A stretch of 64,000 nt of DNA from Spirochaetaceae bacterium (GCA_051531975.1 JAOPTT010000014.1:32001-96000), one strand, 5' to 3'; counted from the first letter of the stretch, positions 48,523 through 57,802 are shown. The notes: generated by a model not told the origin, from the sequence alone. Program-made: numbers and translations.

Positions 48523-49463
48523 GTGGAAAAGCAACTAGAGAAGCGTACGGTGAAGCGATATTAGAATTAGGAAAGGCAAATCCAGATATATATATAGTAG
48601 ATGCAGATATTGGTAAATCATGTAAAACTACTGCATTTTTTGAGCAGTTACCTAGACAACATATAAACGTTGGAATTGCAGAGCAAAACTGTTGTGGTGT
48701 AGCCGCTGGTTTAGCAACAACAGGTAAAATTCCATTTGTAACTACATATGCAGTATTTGGTAGTATGAGAATGGTTGAACAAATAAGACAAGAAGTTTGT
48801 TATCCTAAATTAAATGTTAAAATAGCATGTTCACATGGCGGATTTACTCCTGCAAGTGATGGTGCAAGCCACCAAGCTATTGAAGATATGGGTATTTTAA
48901 GAACTATTCCAGGTATGACAGTTATTATGCCTGCAGACTACTACTCTGCTAAAAAATTAGTTCATGCTGCTGCGAAAATGCATGGTGCTGTTTATTTAAG
49001 ATTTACTAGAGACCCAATACCATTTATCTACCCAGAAGATGCTGAGTTTGAAATTGGTAAAGCGGTTGAATTAAAGAAAGGTTCTGATCTTGCAATTATA
49101 GCTAATGGAGATATTATGTCTATTGCTGTTAAAGCTGCTGGAGAGCTAGAGAAACAAGGGGTATCAGTTAGAGTATTAGATATGCATACAATAAAACCAC
49201 TAGATGAAGATGCTGTGAACAGAGCAATTGATGAGTGTGGTAAAATAATTACTGTTGAAGACCACAATATTTTAAATGGTTTAGGTAGTGCAGTATGCGA
49301 AATTGTAGCTGAACGTGGTAAAGGTAAAGTAAAACGTGTAGGAATCCAAGATAAATTTGGAGAGTCTGCACCATATGAGTATCTACTTGGTATTAATGGT
49401 ATTACTATCGGGAATATAGTAAAATCTGCCCAAGAGATGCTTAAACAGAGAGGTAAACAGTGA
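48519..49463 (+). CDS. split transketolase, C-terminal subunit
   Basis: GIAEQN, DGASHQAIED and TIKPLD motifs. Confidence 0.93.
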   Translation: MSGKATREAYGEAILELGKANPDIYIVDADIGKSCKTTAFFEQLPRQHINVGIAEQNCCGVAAGLATTGKIPFVTTYAVFGSMRMVEQIRQEVCYPKLNVKIACSHGGFTPASDGASHQAIEDMGILRTIPGMTVIMPADYYSAKKLVHAAAKMHGAVYLRFTRDPIPFIYPEDAEFEIGKAVELKKGSDLAIIANGDIMSIAVKAAGELEKQGVSVRVLDMHTIKPLDEDAVNRAIDECGKIITVEDHNILNGLGSAVCEIVAERGKGKVKRVGIQDKFGESAPYEYLLGINGITIGNIVKSAQEMLKQRGKQ

Positions 49464-50416
49464 AAATAGTAGTACTAGATGGTTATTCATTAAATCCTGG
49501 TGATCTATCCTGGGATGGATTTAAAAGCCTAGGAGATTTTGTCTGTTACGACAGAACAGAGATAAAAGATATATTAGCAAGAATTGGCAATGCTGAAATT
49601 GTAATTACAAATAAAACACCCTTAGGTGCAGAAATAATTTCAGCATGTCCAAAGCTAAAATACATTGGTGTTTTAGCAACAGGATATAATGTTGTTGATG
49701 TAAAAGCTGCAACAGATAATAGTGTAACGGTTTGTAACATCCCAACTTATGGTACAGCTGCAGTAGGGCAATTTGTTTTTGCTCTACTTCTAAATATTTG
49801 TCACCATGTACAAGATCATAGTGATGCTGTTAAAAAAGGACAGTGGACTAGTTCCCCTGATTTTTGCTTTTGGAATTATCCATTAACAGAGTTAGCAGGT
49901 AAAACTTTGGGTATAATTGGTTATGGTAGAATTGGGCAATCTACAGGTAAAATTGCTCAGGCTTTTGGTATGAATGTTATCGCATTCGATGCATATCATA
50001 ATAAAGATTTAGTTTGCGATACAATGAAGTATGGAACATTAGATGATCTATTAAAACAATCTGATGTTATATCACTTCATTGTCCACTATTTGAATCTAC
50101 GGTCGGTATAATAAACAAAGATAGCATAGCTAAAATGAAGGATGGAGTTATTATTATAAATACATCTAGAGGGCCTTTAATTGTAGAGGATGATTTAGCT
50201 GTAGCTCTTAAAAGTGGTAAAGTTAGAGCTGCTGGTTTAGATGTTGTATCAACTGAACCAATAACTTCTGAAAACGTACTACTTAATATAGAGAACTGTT
50301 TTATTACACCACATATTGCTTGGGCTCCTATTGAAGCTCGAGATAGACTAATGAACATAGCTGTAGATAATCTTAAATGTTTTATCGATGGTAATAATCA
50401 AAATAGTGTAAACTAA
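49460..50416 (+). CDS. D-2-hydroxyacid dehydrogenase (glycerate dehydrogenase / hydroxypyruvate-glyoxylate reductase family)
   Basis: LDGYSLNPGDLSW, GYGRIG, INTSRG and TPHIAWA motifs. Confidence 0.9.
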   Translation: MKIVVLDGYSLNPGDLSWDGFKSLGDFVCYDRTEIKDILARIGNAEIVITNKTPLGAEIISACPKLKYIGVLATGYNVVDVKAATDNSVTVCNIPTYGTAAVGQFVFALLLNICHHVQDHSDAVKKGQWTSSPDFCFWNYPLTELAGKTLGIIGYGRIGQSTGKIAQAFGMNVIAFDAYHNKDLVCDTMKYGTLDDLLKQSDVISLHCPLFESTVGIINKDSIAKMKDGVIIINTSRGPLIVEDDLAVALKSGKVRAAGLDVVSTEPITSENVLLNIENCFITPHIAWAPIEARDRLMNIAVDNLKCFIDGNNQNSVN

Positions 50417-50438
50417 TATAGATCAAAAATATCCTATG

Positions 50439-50463
50439 GAGGACTTGTTATAAACAAGTCCTC
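50439..50463 (+). terminator. intrinsic terminator of the isomerase-TTT-transketolase operon
   Basis: GAGGACTTGTT-ATA-AACAAGTCCTC followed by TTCTATTT. Confidence 0.8.
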
Positions 50464-50565
50464 TTCTATTTATAACATAGTTATTTACATATAAAATAAA
50501 AAATTGTTTCAATTTTTCTATATTCAGTGTGATAATAGAAAACAGAAATTAAAGGATGTATTACT

Positions 50566-51072
50566 ATGTATGATACTCGTAATGAAATATGGAATTCTAC
50601 TTGGAACTCATATTATGATACTTTTTATCAAGAGTTATTAGCTGAAGAATTAGAAGTTAGATGGAAGCGATTTGATGACATATCTAGAATTCTTATAGCA
50701 ATTACCGCATCAACCTCTGCTATATCTGGTTGGGCACTATGGAGTAATAAAGACTTCAAAATTATTTGGGTTTTTCTTGCAGCAATCGGCGCATTACTTT
50801 CTTTAGTTACGAAATCATTAGATATTCCCAGGAGAATATCCGATTGGAATGATTCAAAAAAATATTTCACAACACTTAGAATTGATTACCAAATTTTTTT
50901 AGATGAACTAGGGTTTAATCCCGAATTTTCTACTATCGATGCAACCGTAACAGTTCGTAATCTCAGACTAAGATATGCTGAAGGTTATAAGGAGATGCTT
51001 AATGATTCCTTCATAACTCAGAAACTTAAAATCATGATACAAGATAGTGTTAACAATAACATGAAACAATAG
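50566..51072 (+). CDS. two-TM helical membrane protein, SLATT-like architecture
   Basis: N-terminal helix, two TM segments (ILIAITASTSAISGWALW; IIWVFLAAIGALLSLV) and a helical C-terminus; AAAGGA RBS. Confidence 0.6.
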   Translation: MYDTRNEIWNSTWNSYYDTFYQELLAEELEVRWKRFDDISRILIAITASTSAISGWALWSNKDFKIIWVFLAAIGALLSLVTKSLDIPRRISDWNDSKKYFTTLRIDYQIFLDELGFNPEFSTIDATVTVRNLRLRYAEGYKEMLNDSFITQKLKIMIQDSVNNNMKQ

Positions 51073-51097
51073 TATACTTATAGTAAGGAGTAATAAA

Positions 51098-51172
51098 ATG
51101 GGAATCAAATCAGGACCACCAAAACCAAAGCCATCACCACCACCTAGACCAATGCCATCATCATCTAAATAA
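51098..51172 (+). CDS. 24-aa proline-rich micropeptide MGIKSGPPKPKPSPPPRPMPSSSK
   Basis: Strong RBS TAAGGAG 7 nt before the ATG; below the ORF-track size cutoff. Confidence 0.6.
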   Translation: MGIKSGPPKPKPSPPPRPMPSSSK

Positions 51173-51199
51173 AAATCACAAAAACATCCTGCTCTAATT

Positions 51200-52156
51200 T
51201 TATATTAATGATAATAGAATATATAAAATAGGAACTGTATAAATTAAAGTACCCATTGTAAATAGCCAGGAAGTATTAGATAAGTCTATATCTAGATCGT
51301 AAACAGTTGGCGGAACTAAGGATGCAAACCCTGAAGGCATAGCTGATAAAATAAGTATAACTTTAATAACTAAGCCATTCTCCAAAGTATTTAATCCAAG
51401 TAACATTGCTATGGAAAATATTATAGTAGGAACCATTAAAGATTTAATTACAGCAATGGCAATACTATTTCTATAATGTCTTTTTATACTGGTAAAGTGA
51501 AACGCCATTCCTATTGATAACAGAAGCAAAACAGTTGCTCCAGTAATCAAGAAACTATTTAAAGATGCATACCATCCAGGCCTAACAGCTCCAGAAAAAT
51601 TAAGAATAAGACCAATTGTAATCGCAGTTAACATAGACATGATAAAAGGATCTTTAAAAATAGCTTTTAGCCTACTCTCCTTCTCTCCAACATGATCAGA
51701 ATATGATTTAGCAACTGGAAAGCCAATACCATAATTTACGAGCTCTTCAAATAGTTTATATAGTGGAACAATACTAAAACCAGGTTCTCCTAAAAAGAAA
51801 AATACAATAATCCCACCTACAGAACCTATATTAGTAAAAGCTCCAGAAGTTATTAACGAACCAGTCTGCTTTCGACCTATCCCCTTAGCTTTACAATATA
51901 TAAAAGCTAAAAAACCACCAGTAATAATAGCTGTGGCTCCAACAAATGGGATACTTATTATTTTCAGATCTTTTAATGGAGTTATCCATACAGCACCTAA
52001 AAATGCTATAGGGTTTAATAACTGTAATGCTACTCTTTGTAATACGATTCTAATCTTTTTTAAGCTTCCGATTTTTTTATTGAAGATTCTACCAAATAAG
52101 TAACCAGCAACAAGACTTAAAAATATCAATAATAGTGGTGATAAAAATGATTTCAT
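51200..52156 (-). CDS. AEC (auxin efflux carrier / malate permease) family transporter
   Basis: About 10 TM segments; FTNIGSVG and LSAMPSG motifs. Confidence 0.8.
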   Translation of the reverse strand: MKSFLSPLLLIFLSLVAGYLFGRIFNKKIGSLKKIRIVLQRVALQLLNPIAFLGAVWITPLKDLKIISIPFVGATAIITGGFLAFIYCKAKGIGRKQTGSLITSGAFTNIGSVGGIIVFFFLGEPGFSIVPLYKLFEELVNYGIGFPVAKSYSDHVGEKESRLKAIFKDPFIMSMLTAITIGLILNFSGAVRPGWYASLNSFLITGATVLLLLSIGMAFHFTSIKRHYRNSIAIAVIKSLMVPTIIFSIAMLLGLNTLENGLVIKVILILSAMPSGFASLVPPTVYDLDIDLSNTSWLFTMGTLIYTVPILYILLSLI

Positions 52157-52183
52157 AATCAATTATATCCAGTACTAAATATT

Positions 52184-52193
52184 TTGTATACAG
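52184..52193. promoter_or_regulatory. TTGTATACAG operator (one mismatch) upstream of the AEC transporter gene
   Basis: Near match to the four perfect boxes. Confidence 0.55.
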
Positions 52194-52241
52194 AATAATT
52201 TTACTATGTTCATAATTGAGTTTGAGATATAGAATATAAGG

Positions 52242-52694
52242 ATGAATAGTAAATTACCAAGAATAGGAACAGGTGTTGTTGTTTTTAATAAACAGGGACA
52301 GATTTTAATGGGTAAAAGAACATATAAACCAATTGGTTATAGTCTACCTGGTGGACACCTTGAATTTGGAGAAACTCTAAAAGATTGTGCAAAGCGGGAA
52401 GTATTTGAAGAAGCTGGTGTAGAAATCGAAAATATTGAGATAATAACTATAGGCGAGAACCTGTTTCTAGATAAAAACTTTCATAGTATCTCTATATTTA
52501 TATTTTCAACTATTAAAGATGACCAGATATTACAAAATCCAGAACCAGATAAATGTGATGGTTGGAACTGGATAAGTATAGATAATATTCCAAAAAATCT
52601 CTCTTTTAACTACGACCCAATATTTACTAATGATTTTAAGTTAATAAAAAATTACTTGCAGAGTCATTTTAAAAATTACTTGGAAAGTTATTAG
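52242..52694 (+). CDS. NUDIX hydrolase (NUDT15-like)
   Basis: GGHLEFGETLKDCAKREVFEEAG Nudix box and EPDKC.GW.W. Confidence 0.9.
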   Translation: MNSKLPRIGTGVVVFNKQGQILMGKRTYKPIGYSLPGGHLEFGETLKDCAKREVFEEAGVEIENIEIITIGENLFLDKNFHSISIFIFSTIKDDQILQNPEPDKCDGWNWISIDNIPKNLSFNYDPIFTNDFKLIKNYLQSHFKNYLESY

Positions 52695-52727
52695 AAAATC
52701 ACTTGGAAAGTTATTTTAAAAATTACT
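52647..52727. repeat. degenerate 24-bp tandem repeat, about 3.4 copies
   Basis: AAAAATTACTTGCAGAGTCATTTT / AAAAATTACTTGGAAAGTTATTAG / AAAATCACTTGGAAAGTTATTTT / AAAAATTACT. Confidence 0.8.
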
Positions 52728-53235
52728 CAAAAATAACTGTTTCTTCTAGTGATAATCTTTCAGAGTCATGCCTATTAGGGGATGTTGGGTTTTTAGCAGA
52801 GTAACCAAATTCCAGTAGGTTAACAATTTTATAGTTCTTAGGTATATCAAACTCTTCATAAAGAACTTCTGGATCAAACCAGTTCAACCATAATGAGTCT
52901 ATTCCAAGGTTTTTAGCCATTAAAATCATATGTGTAGAGACAATTGAACAGTCTATATCGTTCATATCTCTATTATCGAATGGATTTATCCAACTATCTG
53001 GAGTATAACTACAAACAATCATTATTAAAGGTGCGTTATTAGTTCTTGCAGACAATGCTATTGATTCTATACCTGCCTTAGACTGTATAACAAAAATCCT
53101 TTGGGTCTGTCTATTTGCAGCGGTAGGGGCTACTCTTCCGGCTTCTAATATATAATCTAAGTCCTCTTTTTTTATTTCTGTATCTTTGTATTTCCTAGCT
53201 GAATATCTGGACTTCATTAGTTTTAATAGTTCCAT
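52723..53235 (-). CDS. nitroreductase family protein
   Basis: RYSARKY, APTAANRQ and LGIDSLW motifs. Confidence 0.9.
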   Translation of the reverse strand: MELLKLMKSRYSARKYKDTEIKKEDLDYILEAGRVAPTAANRQTQRIFVIQSKAGIESIALSARTNNAPLIMIVCSYTPDSWINPFDNRDMNDIDCSIVSTHMILMAKNLGIDSLWLNWFDPEVLYEEFDIPKNYKIVNLLEFGYSAKNPTSPNRHDSERLSLEETVIFE

Positions 53236-53447
53236 TTCTTATTCCTTTTAAATATATTATAGAGTTAATTATAGTATACTTATATATAATTATGAATAAA
53301 GAATTAACATAAATTTTATTTGACCGACAGGTGGTTATGACCTAATATTCATGTTTAATTAATTCAAAATTACCTTCCTTAGATAGTTCATAGTTTTATT
53401 GTTTAATTTACAGGAACATTATGTTATTATAAATAAGAGAGGTTTTT

Positions 53448-53669
53448 ATGATTAAAAAGATAAAGGTTAATGGTATGACCTGTGATGACTGCGTTAAAGC
53501 AGTAAGAAAAGCTATTGAAGGTATTAATGGAGTTGACACATGTAGTGTTAAAATTGGAAGTGCTACGATCGAAACATGTCTTTCTGGCCCTGAACAATTC
53601 CTTGAACTAGAAACATCCATAGTTTCTGCAATAAATGAAGCTGGTTATTCTGTAAAAAGTATTAAGTAA
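53448..53669 (+). CDS. heavy-metal-associated (HMA) chaperone, CopZ-like
   Basis: GMTCDDC and AGY motifs; GAGG RBS. Confidence 0.88.
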   Translation: MIKKIKVNGMTCDDCVKAVRKAIEGINGVDTCSVKIGSATIETCLSGPEQFLELETSIVSAINEAGYSVKSIK

Positions 53670-53878
53670 TTGTTGGTATCTTATTTATAAGAATACAATT
53701 TTATCACATATCTTCTTTTCAATATCCTACTATTTAAATAGCATAAATTGAATAGGGATATTAATATCTACACTCAAAAAGGATTACAAACTCACTAGAG
53801 TTTATTGATCATCAAATTTTAGAATATTAAATATTTTTCTTCGAAAGAAGTATCATTTTAATAAGTCATGATAAAGAA

Positions 53879-53907
53879 AAACACACCCAATTATATCAGG
53901 TGTGTTT
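53879..53907 (-). terminator. candidate terminator after metY
   Basis: AAACACACC...GGTGTGTTT inverted repeat, with a T-rich tail on the minus strand. Confidence 0.55.
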
Positions 53908-53937
53908 AAGTTTTTTAGGATATTTTTGTAAGGATTA

Positions 53938-55215
53938 TTATGCCTTTAAAGCACTATCAAGGTCTGAAATTATATCATCTATATTCTCGATACCTATTGA
54001 AAGTCTAATTAAACCAGGTGTAATACCACCCTTCTTCTGAGCTTCTTCATTAAGCTGAGAATGTGTAGTACTTGATGGATGTACTGCTAAAGATTTTGCA
54101 TCTCCAACATTTGCTACGTGGCTAAACAGTTTTAAAGAGTCAATTAATTTCTCTCCAGCTTCCTTTCCACCTTTAACTTCAAATACAACCATTCCACCTG
54201 CACCTTTAGTTAACTTCTCTTTTGCAAGATCGTAGGATTCATCACCCTCGAGACCAGGATAATTAACCCAATCCACGTTTTTATGACCTTGTAAGAACTT
54301 TGCAACTTTTAATGCATTTTCTGAATGTCTTTCCATTCTTAGGGCTAATGTCTCAATTCCCTGTAAAAACTGCCATGCGTTATCTGGAGATATTGCTGAC
54401 CCTAAGTTTCTTAATGGAACTAATCGTAATCTAAGTGCGTAAGCTACTGGATTTAACGGTCCTAAATCGTGGGCAAATCGTATATTGTTGTAGCTAGCTT
54501 CTGGGTCATTTAAAAGTGGAAACTTCTCAGTTCCAAAGTTAAACTTACCAGAGTCTACAACAACACCACCAATTCCAATACCGTGTCCACCAATCCATTT
54601 TGTTAAAGAGTGAACAACAATATCTGCACCATCGTCAATTGGTCTATATAAATATGGAGTAGTAAAAGTACTATCAACAATTAAAGGAAGTCCATTTTCG
54701 TGGGCAATGTCTGCATATTTTCTAATATCAACAAAGTTAAGAGAAGGATTACCAATGGTTTCTGTATAAACAGCTTTTGTCTTTTCGTTAATTGCTGCTT
54801 TTAAACCTTCATAATCCCCGTTTTCAATAACATGAACTTTAATACCTAAGTCAGGTAAAATATTGTTAAACATTGTATAAGTTCCACCATATAGGTTACT
54901 AGTTGCTACAATTTCATCACCAGCTTTGGCAATATTAACAATTGAATAAAAAATAGCTGATGTTCCAGAAGCTAATGCAACTGCTGCTGCTCCACCTTCT
55001 AATGCTGCTAATCTCTGTTCAAGTACATCCTGAGTAGGGTTCATTAATCTTGTATAGATATTACCTAACTCTTTTAAGTGAAAAAGATCACTTGCATGTT
55101 TTGCATCTCTAAAATGGTATGCACTTGTTCTATTTAAAGGAACAGCACATGTTCCATCACCTTTTGTCTTATCATACCCTGCATGCAGTGCTAACGTTTC
55201 AAATTTCTGACTCAT
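53938..55215 (-). CDS. metY: O-acetylhomoserine aminocarboxypropyltransferase
   Basis: GNIYTRLMNPT, HSLTKWIGGHG and ANVGDAKSL motifs. Confidence 0.93.
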   Translation of the reverse strand: MSQKFETLALHAGYDKTKGDGTCAVPLNRTSAYHFRDAKHASDLFHLKELGNIYTRLMNPTQDVLEQRLAALEGGAAAVALASGTSAIFYSIVNIAKAGDEIVATSNLYGGTYTMFNNILPDLGIKVHVIENGDYEGLKAAINEKTKAVYTETIGNPSLNFVDIRKYADIAHENGLPLIVDSTFTTPYLYRPIDDGADIVVHSLTKWIGGHGIGIGGVVVDSGKFNFGTEKFPLLNDPEASYNNIRFAHDLGPLNPVAYALRLRLVPLRNLGSAISPDNAWQFLQGIETLALRMERHSENALKVAKFLQGHKNVDWVNYPGLEGDESYDLAKEKLTKGAGGMVVFEVKGGKEAGEKLIDSLKLFSHVANVGDAKSLAVHPSSTTHSQLNEEAQKKGGITPGLIRLSIGIENIDDIISDLDSALKA

Positions 55216-55225
55216 ATTTTACCTC

Positions 55226-55259
55226 TTCACTCTATTGTATTATTTCACTCTATTGTATT
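55226..55259. repeat. tandem duplication of TTCACTCTATTGTATT (period 18)
   Basis: Copies at 55226-55241 and 55244-55259 in the cysK-metY spacer. Confidence 0.85.
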
Positions 55260-55261
55260 TT

Positions 55262-56182
55262 TTAGTCTTCGTATAACCATGTACTTAAATATCTCTCACC
55301 TGATGATGGGGATATAGCCAATATTTTTTTACCTGCATACTCGTCTCGAGCTGCTAATTCTAAAGCTGCTTTTACCGCTGCACCAGATGAGATACCTAAT
55401 AGTAGTCCCTCTTCTTTTGCAACTCTTCTAGAAGTTATACCAGAATCCTCTGATGATATCTGAATTACTTCATCATAAATGTCTGTATTTAATACTGCAG
55501 GAACAAACCCTGCACCGATACCTTGTATTTTATGTGGTCCAGCACTCTCTCCTGATAATACAGCAGACCCAACTGGTTCAACCGCAGCAATATGAATATT
55601 AGGCCACTTCTTTTTAAGAACTTCACTTGTTCCTGTTATAGTACCACCTGTACCAATTCCTGAAACAAAAGCATCTAATCCATCAGGGAAATCTTTAATA
55701 ATTTCTAATGATGTAGTTAGTCTATGTGCTTCAGGATTTGAAGGATTTTCAAACTGTCTTAAAACATAAGATTTTTTATTCTCTCTTGAAATTTCTTCTG
55801 CTTTTTCAATTGCACCTTTCATTCCCTGAGCACCTGGAGTTAAAATTAGTTCAGCACCTAATGCTTTCAATAATTTTCTTCTCTCTAAACTCATAGTATC
55901 AGGCATAACTATAGCAACTTTATACCCTCTAGCTGCACCAACAAATGCAAGTCCAATACCTGTATTTCCACTAGTTGCTTCAATTAAAAGAGTATCTTTA
56001 TCAATATCCCCTCTAGCTTCCGCATCTAAAATCATCTGTTTTGCTATTCTATCTTTTACACTAGAAAGTGGATTAGAACCTTCTAACTTTACATATACTT
56101 CGCCTTTTAAACCTTCTGTTACTTTATTAAGTTTAACTACTGGTGTATTTCCAACTAAATCTATTACTGAATTATATATCAT
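55262..56182 (-). CDS. cysK: cysteine synthase A
   Basis: SVKDRIA, EATSGNTGIG, GTGGT and HKIQGIG motifs; start MIYNSV at 56182. Confidence 0.95.
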   Translation of the reverse strand: MIYNSVIDLVGNTPVVKLNKVTEGLKGEVYVKLEGSNPLSSVKDRIAKQMILDAEARGDIDKDTLLIEATSGNTGIGLAFVGAARGYKVAIVMPDTMSLERRKLLKALGAELILTPGAQGMKGAIEKAEEISRENKKSYVLRQFENPSNPEAHRLTTSLEIIKDFPDGLDAFVSGIGTGGTITGTSEVLKKKWPNIHIAAVEPVGSAVLSGESAGPHKIQGIGAGFVPAVLNTDIYDEVIQISSEDSGITSRRVAKEEGLLLGISSGAAVKAALELAARDEYAGKKILAISPSSGERYLSTWLYED

Positions 56183-56440
56183 CTTTATTCCCCTTAATTC
56201 CCATCTGATTAGTAGGTTAATCATTATTTTAATTAATGTCAACTATCGATATTCCTATTAGACCAGAATTTTATTTTGTGATTTAATTATTTACAGTATA
56301 ACATATTTTTATTGATGATTTTGAGATACAAATTAGTGTTTATTATTGCTGGGATAAACTAAGAACTCGATTAATACAATAAACCACAAATATTGATCTA
56401 TATCAAAATAATTAAATTAATCGAGTATTAGTAATAAAAA

Positions 56441-57298
56441 CTAAATGTTTACATCATTAAATATAATTTCTGCTTTCCCCAAAATTTCATTGGCTTCAAT
56501 TGCAGTCATAAATTGATCAAAATCGATATCTATAGAACTCTTTTTTGGAAGAGGTGATGGGAACTTTGCAAGGGCAAAAATAGTTATAACATACTCATGA
56601 GACCCTGCACTTGGGCTGCAAGGAGAAGTATATGATATTACTCTACCATCTTTATTTTGTCCCATAAACCTATTGCCACTACTTGCTTCACCATAAGAAA
56701 TCTTTTTTGTAGTAGGATCTATACCCCACAATAATAGATAGGAATTAACACCTGTTTTATCTTCTTTATTTGGATAGTGATACATAACGATTGCAAGTGA
56801 CTTTGTACCTTTAGGAATGTTATCCCAGTTAAGAGGAATAGACTTCTCTATTCCATCAACTTTCTCCTCGCACTTATATTTTTCTAGTAGTTCTCTATTT
56901 TTTATGGCTATACTATGAATTTTAAAGTCTGATGTACCATAATCTGTGGTTAGTGAAGAGTAAATTTTCCCACTACTCTTATTCTTATTTGGTGGGTTGT
57001 TTTTGGGATCTCCAGGTTTTCCAGGCTCTGCACCTTTTCCAGAACCTCCGGAACGAGTAGGTCGAGATAATAATTTTAATTCTTCAGGATCAAAACCTTC
57101 AGCTCGAATTAAATCATCAAGTGCAGGTCCATTTTTAAATCCAGCATCTTCAATAGCTTCCATTATTTCAACAGCACTATCTTTATTTAATGTAGAAGAA
57201 TTATAATTTTTCAATATATCTTTTATACTATCCCTCGCATATAAGCTAATAATACACGACAGCAAAATTATTATTAGTAATGGCTTTTTTATATTCAT
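56441..57298 (-). CDS. exported YbhB/YbcL (PEBP)-like protein with a Gly/Pro-rich linker
   Basis: Signal peptide; SIPLNWDNIPKGTKSLAIVM and YTSPCSPSAGSHEY motifs. Confidence 0.75.
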   Translation of the reverse strand: MNIKKPLLIIILLSCIISLYARDSIKDILKNYNSSTLNKDSAVEIMEAIEDAGFKNGPALDDLIRAEGFDPEELKLLSRPTRSGGSGKGAEPGKPGDPKNNPPNKNKSSGKIYSSLTTDYGTSDFKIHSIAIKNRELLEKYKCEEKVDGIEKSIPLNWDNIPKGTKSLAIVMYHYPNKEDKTGVNSYLLLWGIDPTTKKISYGEASSGNRFMGQNKDGRVISYTSPCSPSAGSHEYVITIFALAKFPSPLPKKSSIDIDFDQFMTAIEANEILGKAEIIFNDVNI

Positions 57299-57439
57299 AA
57301 TATCTCCCAATAAACTTTATGGGATAATAATAATTCATTTTAATGAAATGTACTAAACTAATTTATTATATTTAGGTTATAATACAAAACTTAGGCCTCG
57401 TTGGTAAAATATCTCGGTTTCTATTCTAAAAGGACTTCT

Positions 57440-57802
57440 TTAAAACTGATCTGTTTTTAACATAACTAAAGTACAACCGATAACAACATCGATACCTTCA
57501 TCTTTTAGACTTTTTATAGCATGAGCGGACTCTGTTCCAGGATTAAATATAACCCTTTTAGGTTTTAACCTAAAAATCCCATCAAGATTTGCATCTACAT
57601 ATTTTGGATTCAGATACAAACTTAAAGTATCAACTTTGTCTTTTATAGAATCCAGGTCAGAATAAACCTTAATCCCATCTATCTCTGAAATTGTTGGGTG
57701 CACAGGTAAAACATCATGTTTATAGGATGTCAAAAGCTTCACAGCCATATTTGAATACCTATCCTCTTTATTGCTTGCACCTAAAACTGCAACTGTTTCC
57801 AT
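57440..57802 (-). CDS. CoA-binding protein (YccU-like)
   Basis: VLGASNKEDRYS, RVIFNPGTE and CTLVML motifs. Confidence 0.9.
   Translation of the reverse strand: METVAVLGASNKEDRYSNMAVKLLTSYKHDVLPVHPTISEIDGIKVYSDLDSIKDKVDTLSLYLNPKYVDANLDGIFRLKPKRVIFNPGTESAHAIKSLKDEGIDVVIGCTLVMLKTDQF

Noticed and set aside
52647..52727. Possible mini-CRISPR array (also considered for 14146-14177 and 55226-55259)
   Set aside because: The repeats are adjacent without unique spacers, and there are no cas genes in the window.
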